From NCBI GenBank assembly GCA_002374095.1, contig DFKY01000003.1, forward strand, positions 15,839 to 79,838: a DNA stretch of 64,000 bases. Direction: 5' to 3'. Source of the stretch: Lachnospiraceae bacterium UBA3633. GTDB taxonomy: Bacteria; Bacillota; Clostridia; Lachnospirales; Lachnospiraceae. Made by a program: the position numbers and the translations under genes. Shown here piece by piece: positions 8,647 to 17,976 of this stretch; positions within the stretch are counted from its first letter, which is position 1, and each line of letters begins with the position of its first letter. Under the pieces are notes generated by a model. The model was not told the origin of the DNA and ran no database searches. It saw only the letters and a program-made list of their open reading frames with translations.

Positions 8647-10155
8647 TTATGTATTTTTTGTCAAGATATAATCAGCAACTGACTTAAATCCAAGTTCATT
8701 TTCAATCCGCTTTGAATTATTTTCATAAAACACTTTTTTTGTAGTTGCCGTACCAAAACCATAGACAGAGTGCCTTTCACTCATCATCATTATATTATAG
8801 ATTGATTCTTTGAATGCTTTTGCATATCCTACATTTTCAAGATTACCAGCTATATTCTTTTGTCGATAAAGATAGTATGGTTTGAGATCAAGACATTCCA
8901 TAAGGGTTTTACTATACTTCTCCATCTTATCTATAGTTCTTTTTCCTTCAGTCACATTTGATTCACTAAGTCCAGCAAGATAATAATCTTTTGTCCATGA
9001 TTCAAGTTCATTATTTAATCTTGCAGCTCTTTTGAGTGCAAGCATGTGGACAGTCACAGAATCTGGTCTAAGCTTATATATATTAAAAAGTGTATTCATC
9101 ACTTGGAGTTTTCTTTCATTTGGTAGTCCCATTATTATATCCATATTGATATTGTCAAAAGAAAGTTTTCTTGCAAGATCAAACTTTTCTATTATATCTT
9201 TTACTGTATGTTTTCTTCCTATAAGATCAAGGGTCTTTTGATTAAATGTCTGTGGATTTATAGATATGCGATTGACTTTATGATCTTTCATGAGTTTTAA
9301 TTTTTCTATATCTATCGTATCAGGACGCCCTGCTTCAATTGTATATTCTACAGAAGTACTTAAATCAATATATTTGTCTACTATGTTGAGTAGTCTTTCA
9401 AAACTTTTTACATCAAGAGATGTAGGCGTGCCACCTCCAATATATAAAGTCATAGGCTTATATACAGATGTTTCGCTACTACTTATCTCATGCATACGAT
9501 TTTTAAGTTCACTCTCTAAAGTATCAAGATACTTGTCTACATAATCTCTATATCTTTCTATGTTAAATGAAGTAAACGAACAATATAGGCATGTACTTTT
9601 GCAAAATGGCACACCTATATATATGCTATATCTATCTTTATAATTTTTTATGTTGTCTCTACCGAGTATATTTATCTCTCTATTTGCAATCTCAATAAGT
9701 AAGTTCGCCTTCTCATCGCTTATATAATATTCTTTTTTTAGCTCTTCATGTATACTTTCATTTAATTTATACTTCGGATTTTCAATTTCTGTTATTGGCG
9801 AAAGCCCCAGAGTTTTGCCTATAGATTTACTTGGTTTTTCCTCAGGTTTTGCATTTTCTATCATATTTGTGACTATCGTCACTGGTCTAATTCCAGTAAG
9901 AGTGCCCCAAAGAAGCTCTTTCCCCGTCTTTTCTTTTAAATAATCATAAAGCTGTCTTTTTATTTCCGATTTATCAATTGTACGATCACCAGTTAAAGTG
10001 CCATAGAAAAAGTTTTCAATTAAAATATCTTCAGAATTTTCGATAAATAAATTTGGCTCAATTTCAACCTTTTGATACGGAAAAAACGCAAGACATAAAT
10101 CTCTTATGTCTGCTTCATATGACTTAAGCTCATTTGTAATCACTACTTTAACCAT
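8647..10155 (-). CDS. HemZ/HemN-like radical SAM protein (oxygen-independent coproporphyrinogen III oxidase family)
   Basis: Radical SAM CxxxCxxC motif CKSTCLYCSF, GGGTPTSL and the HemN-like core INRISINPQTF. The long N-terminal extension is typical of HemZ-type proteins. Confidence 0.8.
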   Translation of the reverse strand: MVKVVITNELKSYEADIRDLCLAFFPYQKVEIEPNLFIENSEDILIENFFYGTLTGDRTIDKSEIKRQLYDYLKEKTGKELLWGTLTGIRPVTIVTNMIENAKPEEKPSKSIGKTLGLSPITEIENPKYKLNESIHEELKKEYYISDEKANLLIEIANREINILGRDNIKNYKDRYSIYIGVPFCKSTCLYCSFTSFNIERYRDYVDKYLDTLESELKNRMHEISSSETSVYKPMTLYIGGGTPTSLDVKSFERLLNIVDKYIDLSTSVEYTIEAGRPDTIDIEKLKLMKDHKVNRISINPQTFNQKTLDLIGRKHTVKDIIEKFDLARKLSFDNINMDIIMGLPNERKLQVMNTLFNIYKLRPDSVTVHMLALKRAARLNNELESWTKDYYLAGLSESNVTEGKRTIDKMEKYSKTLMECLDLKPYYLYRQKNIAGNLENVGYAKAFKESIYNIMMMSERHSVYGFGTATTKKVFYENNSKRIENELGFKSVADYILTKNT

Positions 10156-10227
10156 ATACGCATATCAACAATATATCTTAAGTTTACTATATCTTTCACT
10201 TTAATGCCATTTTCAAAATGTCATTCA

Positions 10228-12615
10228 TTATTTATATGTTTTATAATATATATAATCCTTATCAAAGTACACATCTATCTGACCACTTTCACCTGTTTTA
10301 AGTACATATGCACCTGTAGCAGTTAAAGACTCAACTGTCTCAGCATTCGGGTGACCATAACTATTACCTTTCCCATATGATACCACGGCAAGTTCCGGTT
10401 TTACAATATCAAAAAATTCACTTACATTTGAATTTTTTGAACCATGGTGAGGAACTTTCAAGACATCCGACTCCATAAGGTGCGTGGCATAACTATCTTT
10501 TATCATGCGATTCATAGTATTTTTCCCTATATCGCCTGTAAAAAGTGCTGTGTGGTCATTATACTTTAGTCTAAATGTAAGTGATAATTCATTTTGATCC
10601 ATTTTTTTATTTGAAATTGATTCTTCATCCGGGCTTAAAACATCAATATCAATATCGCCGAAACTAATTGTTTCAGTTTCTTTCATATAAAGTATAGAAG
10701 TATTTTTATCTGTTGCAAGTGATTTAAGTTTGCTAAACTTTGTATCAGTTCTTGCATTTATCGGAAGGACAAGATTATGTATAAGAAGATCATCCTCACT
10801 TTCAAGTAAATACATGATACCATTTGTATGATCTGAATCTGCATGCGTTATAAAAGCATAGTCTATGTGATTTATCCCGCGAGATTTTATATGCGGTGCA
10901 AGCACATATTCTCCATTGCTTGTATTGGATGTCGACCCTCCATCTATAGTCATTATAGTATCTTTATTTTCTACAAGTATACTATCACCTTGACCAATAG
11001 AAATAAAAGTCATCCTTAAATTGTTTCTTTCTCTTATGCCTATAATCATTATAGACATAATGAGAAGTATGACCGATACTACAAGTCTAATTATATTTGC
11101 AAATGCGTATGTATTATTTCTTTTACGTAAATCATTAAATTTTTCAAAGTCAATCATTAAGTTCTTTTTTAATTTTCTAACAACATAAAGATTATTGATT
11201 GCATAAAAAATCAAGAAAAGTGCCATATAATAATATAAAAGTTCATATAGATTGGGTCTGCCAAGCCAAAGTATATGGAAAGGAAGTCTTTCTATAAGAA
11301 GACATAATTTATCATATATATAAAATATTATATGAGTAATCTTCTCTATTAAGATAGCAAGCGGTAAGCTTAAATATGATACTATAAGTCCAGATAAACC
11401 TATAAGTAGTACAAAAGGCATGAGAGGTATCACTACCAAGTTTAAAAGTATGCTATATAATGGATAAGTAAAATAATGATATAAAGTAATTGGGAATAAA
11501 AATAAATTCAAAATTATAACTTGCGGTATTTTTATAGGCTTTTTTCGTTTTATATATACATCAGTGTTTAATGCAAAAATCGCCACATACGAAAATTGAA
11601 ATCCTGCATTAAAAAGTAGATGTGGATGTATAAGTAAAAATATAAAACCTATTATATATAAAGTATTTTTAGAATCATAAGTTCTACCTATTGCAAGCGA
11701 CAAAAACCTTATATAAAGCATCGTGATTGCACGAAGAGATGTCGCACTCGCATCAATAAATATGCCATACAAAAATATAAAAATACTCACAGCTAAAGCT
11801 GCCACATTTACTGATAAAAATCTTCTCATAAATGAAAATAGCATAAGTCCAAGTATTGAAAGATGAAGTCCAGAGATAGCTATTATATGGGCAATACCAT
11901 TTTCAGAAAATGCTCTTTTCTGTTCTTTATCAATTCTTGATCTATCTCCTGTCACCATCGCAGTAAAAAGCCCAGAGTCTTTATAGTTAAATATTTTTTC
12001 AATCTGACTTTTTATGCTTAATTTTATCTCATATATTCCATGCCTTAAAATATCATATTTTTCATTCACCACATTTATACTTTTAGCAAATGCTATAAAG
12101 GCAATATCATCTGACCTATAATAATTTTTTTGATTAAATTCACCTTCATTTGATGGAGCATCTATAGTTGTCGTTCCACCAGTCAATTCTATATAATTTC
12201 CAATTCTCGCATTACACTCTACCTGATCACTAAAATAAACTCTTGCATTTCCAAGACTTATACCACTTGAACTGCAATTTTCAAGAATCAAATAATTATT
12301 ATTTGTACTTTTGCCTATGCTTTTTACTTTACCTGATATGAGTTTATTTCCTTTTCCAAGAGATAGAAGATTTTCAGTATATCTATCATATGTTCTTTCT
12401 ACGATCTTATATCTATAAAATCCAATCAAGAAAAACACTGCTACTATGGATAGAATTCTGATAGTTATCTTCCTATCTAAAAATAATTTCATGTATAAAA
12501 AAATAGCTATAAGCACTATACTTACTTTAAATAAAGTAGGTATAGTATTATATGCTATAATAATTCCTAATATATATGATCCTAAAAATAAGGCTACTGG
12601 TCTCTTTACTTCCAT
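10228..12615 (-). CDS. comEC: DNA internalization-related competence protein ComEC/Rec2
   Basis: 795 aa with a polytopic membrane competence domain and a C-terminal metallo-beta-lactamase domain (ISIGQGDSIL, THADSDHTNG, VPHHGS). Confidence 0.9.
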   Translation of the reverse strand: MEVKRPVALFLGSYILGIIIAYNTIPTLFKVSIVLIAIFLYMKLFLDRKITIRILSIVAVFFLIGFYRYKIVERTYDRYTENLLSLGKGNKLISGKVKSIGKSTNNNYLILENCSSSGISLGNARVYFSDQVECNARIGNYIELTGGTTTIDAPSNEGEFNQKNYYRSDDIAFIAFAKSINVVNEKYDILRHGIYEIKLSIKSQIEKIFNYKDSGLFTAMVTGDRSRIDKEQKRAFSENGIAHIIAISGLHLSILGLMLFSFMRRFLSVNVAALAVSIFIFLYGIFIDASATSLRAITMLYIRFLSLAIGRTYDSKNTLYIIGFIFLLIHPHLLFNAGFQFSYVAIFALNTDVYIKRKKPIKIPQVIILNLFLFPITLYHYFTYPLYSILLNLVVIPLMPFVLLIGLSGLIVSYLSLPLAILIEKITHIIFYIYDKLCLLIERLPFHILWLGRPNLYELLYYYMALFLIFYAINNLYVVRKLKKNLMIDFEKFNDLRKRNNTYAFANIIRLVVSVILLIMSIMIIGIRERNNLRMTFISIGQGDSILVENKDTIMTIDGGSTSNTSNGEYVLAPHIKSRGINHIDYAFITHADSDHTNGIMYLLESEDDLLIHNLVLPINARTDTKFSKLKSLATDKNTSILYMKETETISFGDIDIDVLSPDEESISNKKMDQNELSLTFRLKYNDHTALFTGDIGKNTMNRMIKDSYATHLMESDVLKVPHHGSKNSNVSEFFDIVKPELAVVSYGKGNSYGHPNAETVESLTATGAYVLKTGESGQIDVYFDKDYIYYKTYK

Positions 12616-12679
12616 AGTAAAGATTCTATCAAAATATTTTTTCTAATGCAATATAGTCGGATTTATGACTATATGCCTA

Positions 12680-13225
12680 TCAAAGTGCTTTTTCCATGTA
12701 GGTTTTACCGTCTAAATCTTTCCATACAAATTTTCTATTCTCATATACCATGTATGAGTTGGTCGAACCACCTTTTGGTATAGACACTGATCCCGGATTC
12801 ATGTAATACTTTCCTTTCATGATTTCTTCACATACTGGTATATGAGTATGACCATGAAGTATCACATCTATTGACATCATAGGTGGCAGATGCCCTGTAT
12901 TATAGTAGTGACCATGTGTTATAAATATATTTAGCCCACTATCAGATAAAATCATATGTGGAGCTTCTACCAAAAAATCAAGTACCATAATATCAACTTC
13001 CGAATCACAGTTCCCACGAACACATGTTATAAGATCAGATTTACTATTTAGTAAATCAATCGAAGTCTTTGTATCATACTCCTCTGGAAGTCCGTTTCTT
13101 GGACCATGATATAAAAGATCTCCAAGTAAAACTATCCTATCAGGTTTTTCTATATCTACCCTATCCCAAAGCCTTTTTATGCACGCTGAAGAGCCATGGA
13201 GATCAGAGGCGATTATCATTTTCAT
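12680..13225 (-). CDS. YfcE/MJ0936-family metallophosphoesterase
   Basis: Motifs ASDLHGS, LGDLLYHGPRN, GNCD, ITHGH and HGHTH. An AGGAG SD lies upstream. Confidence 0.85.
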   Translation of the reverse strand: MKMIIASDLHGSSACIKRLWDRVDIEKPDRIVLLGDLLYHGPRNGLPEEYDTKTSIDLLNSKSDLITCVRGNCDSEVDIMVLDFLVEAPHMILSDSGLNIFITHGHYYNTGHLPPMMSIDVILHGHTHIPVCEEIMKGKYYMNPGSVSIPKGGSTNSYMVYENRKFVWKDLDGKTYMEKAL

Positions 13226-13264
13226 AACTAAACTCCTAAACCTTATCCAAGTCTATTCATACAG

Positions 13265-13309
13265 ACAAGTTATACGAGCCTTGCCGTACGGGCGAGCTGT
13301 GCGAGCCCC
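13265..13309 (+). repeat. GC-rich REP-like repeat, 1.5 tandem units
   Basis: ACAAGTTATACGAGCC (degenerate unit), TTGCC, then GTAC-GGGCGAGC-TGT-GCGAGCCCC (core 13290-13309). It directly abuts the TAA stop of the DUF362 gene (13310-13312). Confidence 0.8.
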
Positions 13310-14440
13310 TTACACTTTAATCAATTCATACTCAAGACTACCAAGTCCAATCTTTTCACCATGGTTAAGGCAGTCTTTCCAATTTGTCTCTGGATTAAGA
13401 TTAGTGAAGTGGTCGCCATGATTACTATTCCCGTGTGCTTTCATATTTTCAGTAAGAAGTGTATTGTCAAATGGTTCTTTACTTATACACATATCAACAC
13501 ATGCCTTATCAAGTGCAAGTGGATCGCTTGAACAAAACATACCAATATCAGGTATAATTGGCACATCATTTTCTGGATGGCAATCACAGTTTGGTGATAC
13601 ATCAACTATAAGTGATATATGAAAACTTGGCCTTCCATCTACTATTGCCTTTGTATACTCTGCCATCTTCTCATTCAAATCTTTAAGTGCTGTATCATTG
13701 TCAAAATATATTGCATCAGTATTGCAAGCTCCAAGACATCTTCCACAACCAACACAATTATTCTCATCGACAGTCATCTTCTTCTTGCTCTCATCAAATT
13801 TTAGGCCACCATTTGCACACTCTTTAAGACATCTTTTACAGCCTACGCATAGTGATTCATTGATTTTAGCTTTTCCATCACTATGTTGTTCACATTTTCC
13901 TGCTCTACTTCCACCACCCATACCAAGATTTTTTATAGCTCCACCAAATCCTGTCATCTCATGTCCTTTAAAGTGACTAAGTGATATAACTATATCTGCT
14001 TCCATTATAGCTTTACCAATCTTTGCTTTCTTTACATGCACGCCACCATTTACAGGTACTTCTTCTTCATCATGTCCTTTCAATCCATCAGCTATAAGAA
14101 GAGGGCAACCCACAGTCATAGGTGTAAAACCATTTTCCCATGCACACTCAAGATGTTCAAGTGCATTTTTTCTTGAACCTGGATACATTGTGTTGCAGTC
14201 TGTAAGAAATGGTTTACCACCAAGTTCTTTAACTACATCAACTATTGCTCTTGCATAGTTTGGTCTTAAAAATGCCAAGTTTCCTCTCTCTCCAAAATGC
14301 ATCTTAATGGCAACAAATTTATCTTTAAAATCAATTTGCTCTATACCAGCTTTTTTCACAAGTTTTTTTAGCTTTGTAGCAGGTCCATCTCCAAATGCAA
14401 CTGTTCTAAAATCTGTCCAAAAAACTTTTGATTTACTCAT
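13310..14440 (-). CDS. DUF362-type protein with a 2x[4Fe-4S] ferredoxin insert
   Basis: Two CxxCxxCxxxC motifs (CVGCKRCLKEC, CVGCGRCLGAC) embedded in a DUF362-like scaffold (FVAIKMHFGE, SHFKGH). Confidence 0.7.
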   Translation of the reverse strand: MSKSKVFWTDFRTVAFGDGPATKLKKLVKKAGIEQIDFKDKFVAIKMHFGERGNLAFLRPNYARAIVDVVKELGGKPFLTDCNTMYPGSRKNALEHLECAWENGFTPMTVGCPLLIADGLKGHDEEEVPVNGGVHVKKAKIGKAIMEADIVISLSHFKGHEMTGFGGAIKNLGMGGGSRAGKCEQHSDGKAKINESLCVGCKRCLKECANGGLKFDESKKKMTVDENNCVGCGRCLGACNTDAIYFDNDTALKDLNEKMAEYTKAIVDGRPSFHISLIVDVSPNCDCHPENDVPIIPDIGMFCSSDPLALDKACVDMCISKEPFDNTLLTENMKAHGNSNHGDHFTNLNPETNWKDCLNHGEKIGLGSLEYELIKV

Positions 14441-14595
14441 ATGTCTTCCTCCGTATTAATTTCCATATTAGATTTATATCATATTTCCCAAAATCTTGCA
14501 ACTACATAATTGATGTGTCAAGCATACCATATGCACTAATGCTTTCTATTTTCATTACTAATTTATCTTTACAATTTCTAACTATGAAATCTTAA

Positions 14596-15144
14596 TCACT
14601 TAATCTTATGCCCCATGTCATAGGCCTTTTTCATATATGTTTTATGAGTCTTCACTTCGCCGACATCATTTACTCCACCTGCAAATAATGTACCTTTAAT
14701 TTTCTTATCGTCATAACAATCAACATAACCTTTGATGTCTTCTTTTACACCTTTAAATGTCCGCGCTTCATTTTCTGCAGCTGTAGCTATAATATATATG
14801 TCATGAATATTTTGCTTCACATTAAAAAGTGGATTCATCCTATCTATAAATGTCTTAAGCTGTCCTGATGACGCATAATAATATACAGGAGTGGCAAATA
14901 CTAAGACATCTGCCTTACATATATCATATAGCATTTCTTTTGTAAAATCATCTTTTATGACACATTTATTGGTCTTTTGGCAAGAAAAGCAACCTTTGCA
15001 AAACTTTAGATCCATCTCACGAACTTTAATCATCCTTACATCATTTCCATTATCAACTGCACCTTTCATAAATTCAGTGGCCAAAATCTCACTATTGCCA
15101 TTTTTTCTTGGTGTCGTCGATACTATAACTACTTTTTTACTCAT
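14596..15144 (-). CDS. Iron-sulfur flavoprotein / flavodoxin-like FMN reductase
   Basis: MSKKVVIVSTTPRKNGNSE FMN-reductase fold, plus the compact cluster motif CKGCFSCQKTNKC (Cx2Cx2Cx5C) typical of ISF proteins of anaerobes. Confidence 0.75.
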   Translation of the reverse strand: MSKKVVIVSTTPRKNGNSEILATEFMKGAVDNGNDVRMIKVREMDLKFCKGCFSCQKTNKCVIKDDFTKEMLYDICKADVLVFATPVYYYASSGQLKTFIDRMNPLFNVKQNIHDIYIIATAAENEARTFKGVKEDIKGYVDCYDDKKIKGTLFAGGVNDVGEVKTHKTYMKKAYDMGHKIK

Positions 15145-15247
15145 ACACTCTCCTTAATAACTAAAATCTTTCATCGCATCAAGTGCTATCTCAGTAAATT
15201 CTACTTGTGTGCGCCATATTATTATCACTCTTAGTCTTTATATCTCA

Positions 15248-15739
15248 CTAGTTTAATACTGCTATCATTATATTTAAATAACCAGCAAATGTCATCCAAA
15301 GTAAATATGGTATCATCAAATAAGCAGCTACCCTATAAAGCTTCATTGCGTCTTTTATAAACATAAATACAAGAATCCATAAAATAATTAACCATACGAA
15401 CGCAAACTTATACATTGAAAGCTTAAAAAATATTATTGACCAAAAGAAATTAAATATAAGTTGAACAATATAGATAATCAATATATTATTTTTTAATATA
15501 GTTTGTGAACTAATTAATTTATCTTCATCCAAATTATAGATCAAATAACTTGCAATACCCATTAATATATACAGTATAGTCCATGCTATAGGAAATGCAA
15601 TTCCTGGAGGTGCAAGCGGTGGTTTCTTTATAGCATTAAACACCATCATTGCATCTTTAGTTAAAAACGCTGACAGGCCTCCGATTAAAAGTGGAATGGC
15701 TATCGCAATTATTAGTTTTACAATATTAAATTTCTTCAT
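15248..15739 (-). CDS. tspO: TspO/MBR family tryptophan-rich sensory protein
   Basis: Five-TM, 163-aa protein with KPPLAPPGIAFPIAWTILYILMG and Trp-rich helices characteristic of TspO. Confidence 0.85.
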   Translation of the reverse strand: MKKFNIVKLIIAIAIPLLIGGLSAFLTKDAMMVFNAIKKPPLAPPGIAFPIAWTILYILMGIASYLIYNLDEDKLISSQTILKNNILIIYIVQLIFNFFWSIIFFKLSMYKFAFVWLIILWILVFMFIKDAMKLYRVAAYLMIPYLLWMTFAGYLNIMIAVLN

Positions 15740-15899
15740 AAAATACCCCTTTCATCATATCCTTTTACAAAACAAACTACAATTATAATTTGATATTTTG
15801 TTAATTATTGCAATAAATAAAACTCTTAGTTGCAAATTATTCATATTTCGTCCAATAAATTCCTTTTTGTTATTATTACTTTTTATTTACTTCTACAAT

Positions 15900-15944
15900 A
15901 TCCACTCCAAAAACTCAAAATTTTTTCAAGTTTTTGGAGTGGAT
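15900..15944. repeat. Perfect 15-bp inverted repeat with a 15-nt loop
   Basis: ATCCACTCCAAAAAC (15900-15914) and GTTTTTGGAGTGGAT (15930-15944). There is no flanking U-tract on either strand. It lies between the ISF gene and tspO. Confidence 0.8.
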
Positions 15945-15976
15945 ATAAATAGTCTGAAAGTTTATAAATCAAAGCT

Positions 15977-16618
15977 TTATTTCCCATCTGGGAAGCTTGT
16001 ATACATATCTAGTTCAAGTGTTGGATATGAATTTTTTATTTTCTCATTTGCAAATGCATTTATCATATATGACATGTTTTTTGCAAGATTTCGCATAGTC
16101 TGTAAACCTTCTAAATCTTTTTTAGCATCTTCTGCTGTAAAGCCATGTATCTGATTCCAATAAGAGCTTGACGCTACTGGCATATTACTTATTGTAAAGT
16201 ATTTATTTAGAACATCGAAGCTTGCAGTATTTCCACCCCTTCTGCAGCTTACAACTGCCGCTCCAACTTTCATATGTTTTGAGAAACCTGTACTATAAAA
16301 TAATCTATCTAAAAATGATATAAGCGTCCCATTTGGTGAACCATAATATACAGGGCTTCCAACTACCAGCCCATCCGCTTTTTCAAATTTCACTGCAACT
16401 TCATTTACTAAATCATCAAATACACATTTGCCATTTTTCTCGCATGACTTGCACGAGATGCACCCTCTTATCGCTTTATTTCCTACTTGTATCAATTCTG
16501 TCTCCACTTTACATTCATCAAATACTTTAATCATCTCATCAAATGCAACTCTTACACAACCATTTTCATGAGGGCTTCCATTAATTAACAATACTTTTGG
16601 CATACTATACTCCTTCAT
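15977..16618 (-). CDS. Iron-sulfur flavoprotein / flavodoxin-like FMN reductase (paralog of 14596..15144)
   Basis: PKVLLINGSPHENG and the cluster motif CISCKSCEKNGKC (Cx2Cx2Cx5C). Confidence 0.75.
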   Translation of the reverse strand: MKEYSMPKVLLINGSPHENGCVRVAFDEMIKVFDECKVETELIQVGNKAIRGCISCKSCEKNGKCVFDDLVNEVAVKFEKADGLVVGSPVYYGSPNGTLISFLDRLFYSTGFSKHMKVGAAVVSCRRGGNTASFDVLNKYFTISNMPVASSSYWNQIHGFTAEDAKKDLEGLQTMRNLAKNMSYMINAFANEKIKNSYPTLELDMYTSFPDGK

Positions 16619-16647
16619 TATTTAGATTTTTCTTAATTTTTGCCTAT

Positions 16648-17193
16648 TTACACATTAAACTTAGTAAAATAAGTCATAAGCCCTGATACTGTCTTCCCGT
16701 CCTTAAGTTTACCATCATATATAGCTTTTTTTAGATTTTCTGGCGTCCACTCTTCTACCACAACTTCTTCATCCCTATCAAAATGCTGCTTACCTTTTTG
16801 CAGATTAGTAGCAACAAATATTCTCACAACTTCAGAACAAAAAGCAGAAGCAGTATATACATCACATAAAAATTCTATATTGTCACTTTTGCACCCTGCT
16901 TCTTCTTCAAGTTCTCTTTTTGCACATTCAAGATAATCTTCACCATCATAATCAAGTTTGCCAGCAGGCAATTCAAGTGTCCACTCATCTACAGCAAGTC
17001 TATACTGACGAACCATTAAAATATTGCCATTTGGAAGCACTGGTAAAATAGCTGCTGCATCACATTTACCCATATAATCCCAATGTGTTATATGCCCATC
17101 AACTTCAACTGTATCATCATAGATATCCATGATAGTGCCTTTGTATTTAAGGTCACGACTTACAAGTTTTATCTTTTTCTTAAACTCTTCCAT
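16648..17193 (-). CDS. NUDIX hydrolase (ADP-ribose pyrophosphatase-like)
   Basis: Nudix box GKLDYDGEDYLECAKRELEEEAGC. Confidence 0.85.
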   Translation of the reverse strand: MEEFKKKIKLVSRDLKYKGTIMDIYDDTVEVDGHITHWDYMGKCDAAAILPVLPNGNILMVRQYRLAVDEWTLELPAGKLDYDGEDYLECAKRELEEEAGCKSDNIEFLCDVYTASAFCSEVVRIFVATNLQKGKQHFDRDEEVVVEEWTPENLKKAIYDGKLKDGKTVSGLMTYFTKFNV

Positions 17194-17202
17194 ATATCCC
17201 TC

Positions 17203-17227
17203 AAAAAAGCCGCCAAATGATGGCGGC
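17203..17227 (-). terminator. Rho-independent terminator after ferritin
   Basis: The minus strand reads GCCGCCA-TCATT-TGGCGGC followed by TTTTTTG. Confidence 0.7.
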
Positions 17228-17234
17228 GCATTAT

Positions 17235-17723
17235 CTAATCTCTCTTTCCAAGAGACTTATCAAGTTCGAAAAGAGCAGCTGGGTCTTTTCCATATTTCTC
17301 AAATTTAGATATTAATTCTTCTGCATTTTCTTCTTCTTCACATTGCTCTTTAATAAACCAATCCATAAACTGCATAGTTCTATAGTCTTTTTCATTCATC
17401 GCTACTGCGTAGATATTGTTGATAAGTCCTGTCACATATTGCTCATGCTTAAGTCCTTCCTTTAACACTTGAAGTTCATCATTTAAAGCAATACTTGGCT
17501 TTGCTATAGCAAGTAATTCTACTTTTTCACCATTTGCATGAATGTAATCATAGATTTTGAATGCATGCTCCATTTCTTCTTCAGCTTGTTTCTTATACCA
17601 TGCAGCAAATCCGCCAAGTCCCTTATCACCCATAAATCCTGAAAAATCAAGGTAGAGATATGCAGAATACATCTCTTTATTGACTTGATCATTTAATAAC
17701 TCTTTTACTTTTACATTTAACAT
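17235..17723 (-). CDS. ftnA: Non-heme ferritin
   Basis: Ferritin-like di-iron ligand pattern (EMYSAYLY, EEMEHAFKIYDY, HEQ...) in a 162-aa protein. Confidence 0.9.
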   Translation of the reverse strand: MLNVKVKELLNDQVNKEMYSAYLYLDFSGFMGDKGLGGFAAWYKKQAEEEMEHAFKIYDYIHANGEKVELLAIAKPSIALNDELQVLKEGLKHEQYVTGLINNIYAVAMNEKDYRTMQFMDWFIKEQCEEEENAEELISKFEKYGKDPAALFELDKSLGKRD

Positions 17724-17775
17724 AAAATTTCCTCCATATATACATTTTATTCTAACTATACTTTTTCTTAGTCAA

Positions 17776-17804
17776 ATCATAATTATAATTTAAATATTTG
17801 TCAA
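17776..17804 (-). promoter_or_regulatory. Candidate ferritin promoter with an overlapping AT-rich Fur/PerR-like site
   Basis: The minus strand reads TTGACA (17804-17799), a 17-nt spacer, then TATGAT (17781-17776). The spacer and -10 contain ATCATAATTATAATT, which matches a 7-1-7 Fur/PerR-type consensus at 11 of 15 positions by my alignment. Confidence 0.45.
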
Positions 17805-17976
17805 TAGTTTAATTTGGCTAATGGAGATTACAATAATCACAATTTTATACATAATTTAACATAAAATAAACATGCTTTTTTCACAATTTTTTGTTATACT
17901 ATAGCCATTATATAAAGTACTTTTTATATCTCACATATAATACAAGATAAATATCTCACAAATCGAGGTTTTAACT

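Noticed and set aside
12651-12674. 8-bp AT-rich hairpin (ATATAGTC-N8-GACTATAT) between yfcE-like and comEC.
   Set aside because: The stem is weak and all-AT-dominated with no U-tract. It is indistinguishable from chance in this composition.
13179-13421. Plus-strand ORFs 13179..13421 and 55212..55505 share the peptide YGRAVRAP, which hinted at a small conserved protein.
   Set aside because: The shared peptide is simply the translation of the GC-rich repeat core. The rest of each ORF is antisense to real genes and they are unrelated to each other.
15798-16154. 118-aa plus-strand ORF in the tspO-ISF spacer.
   Set aside because: It starts with TTG and has no SD. It runs antisense into the 3' end of the ISF gene and spans the 15-bp inverted repeat. 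Its composition is low-complexity.
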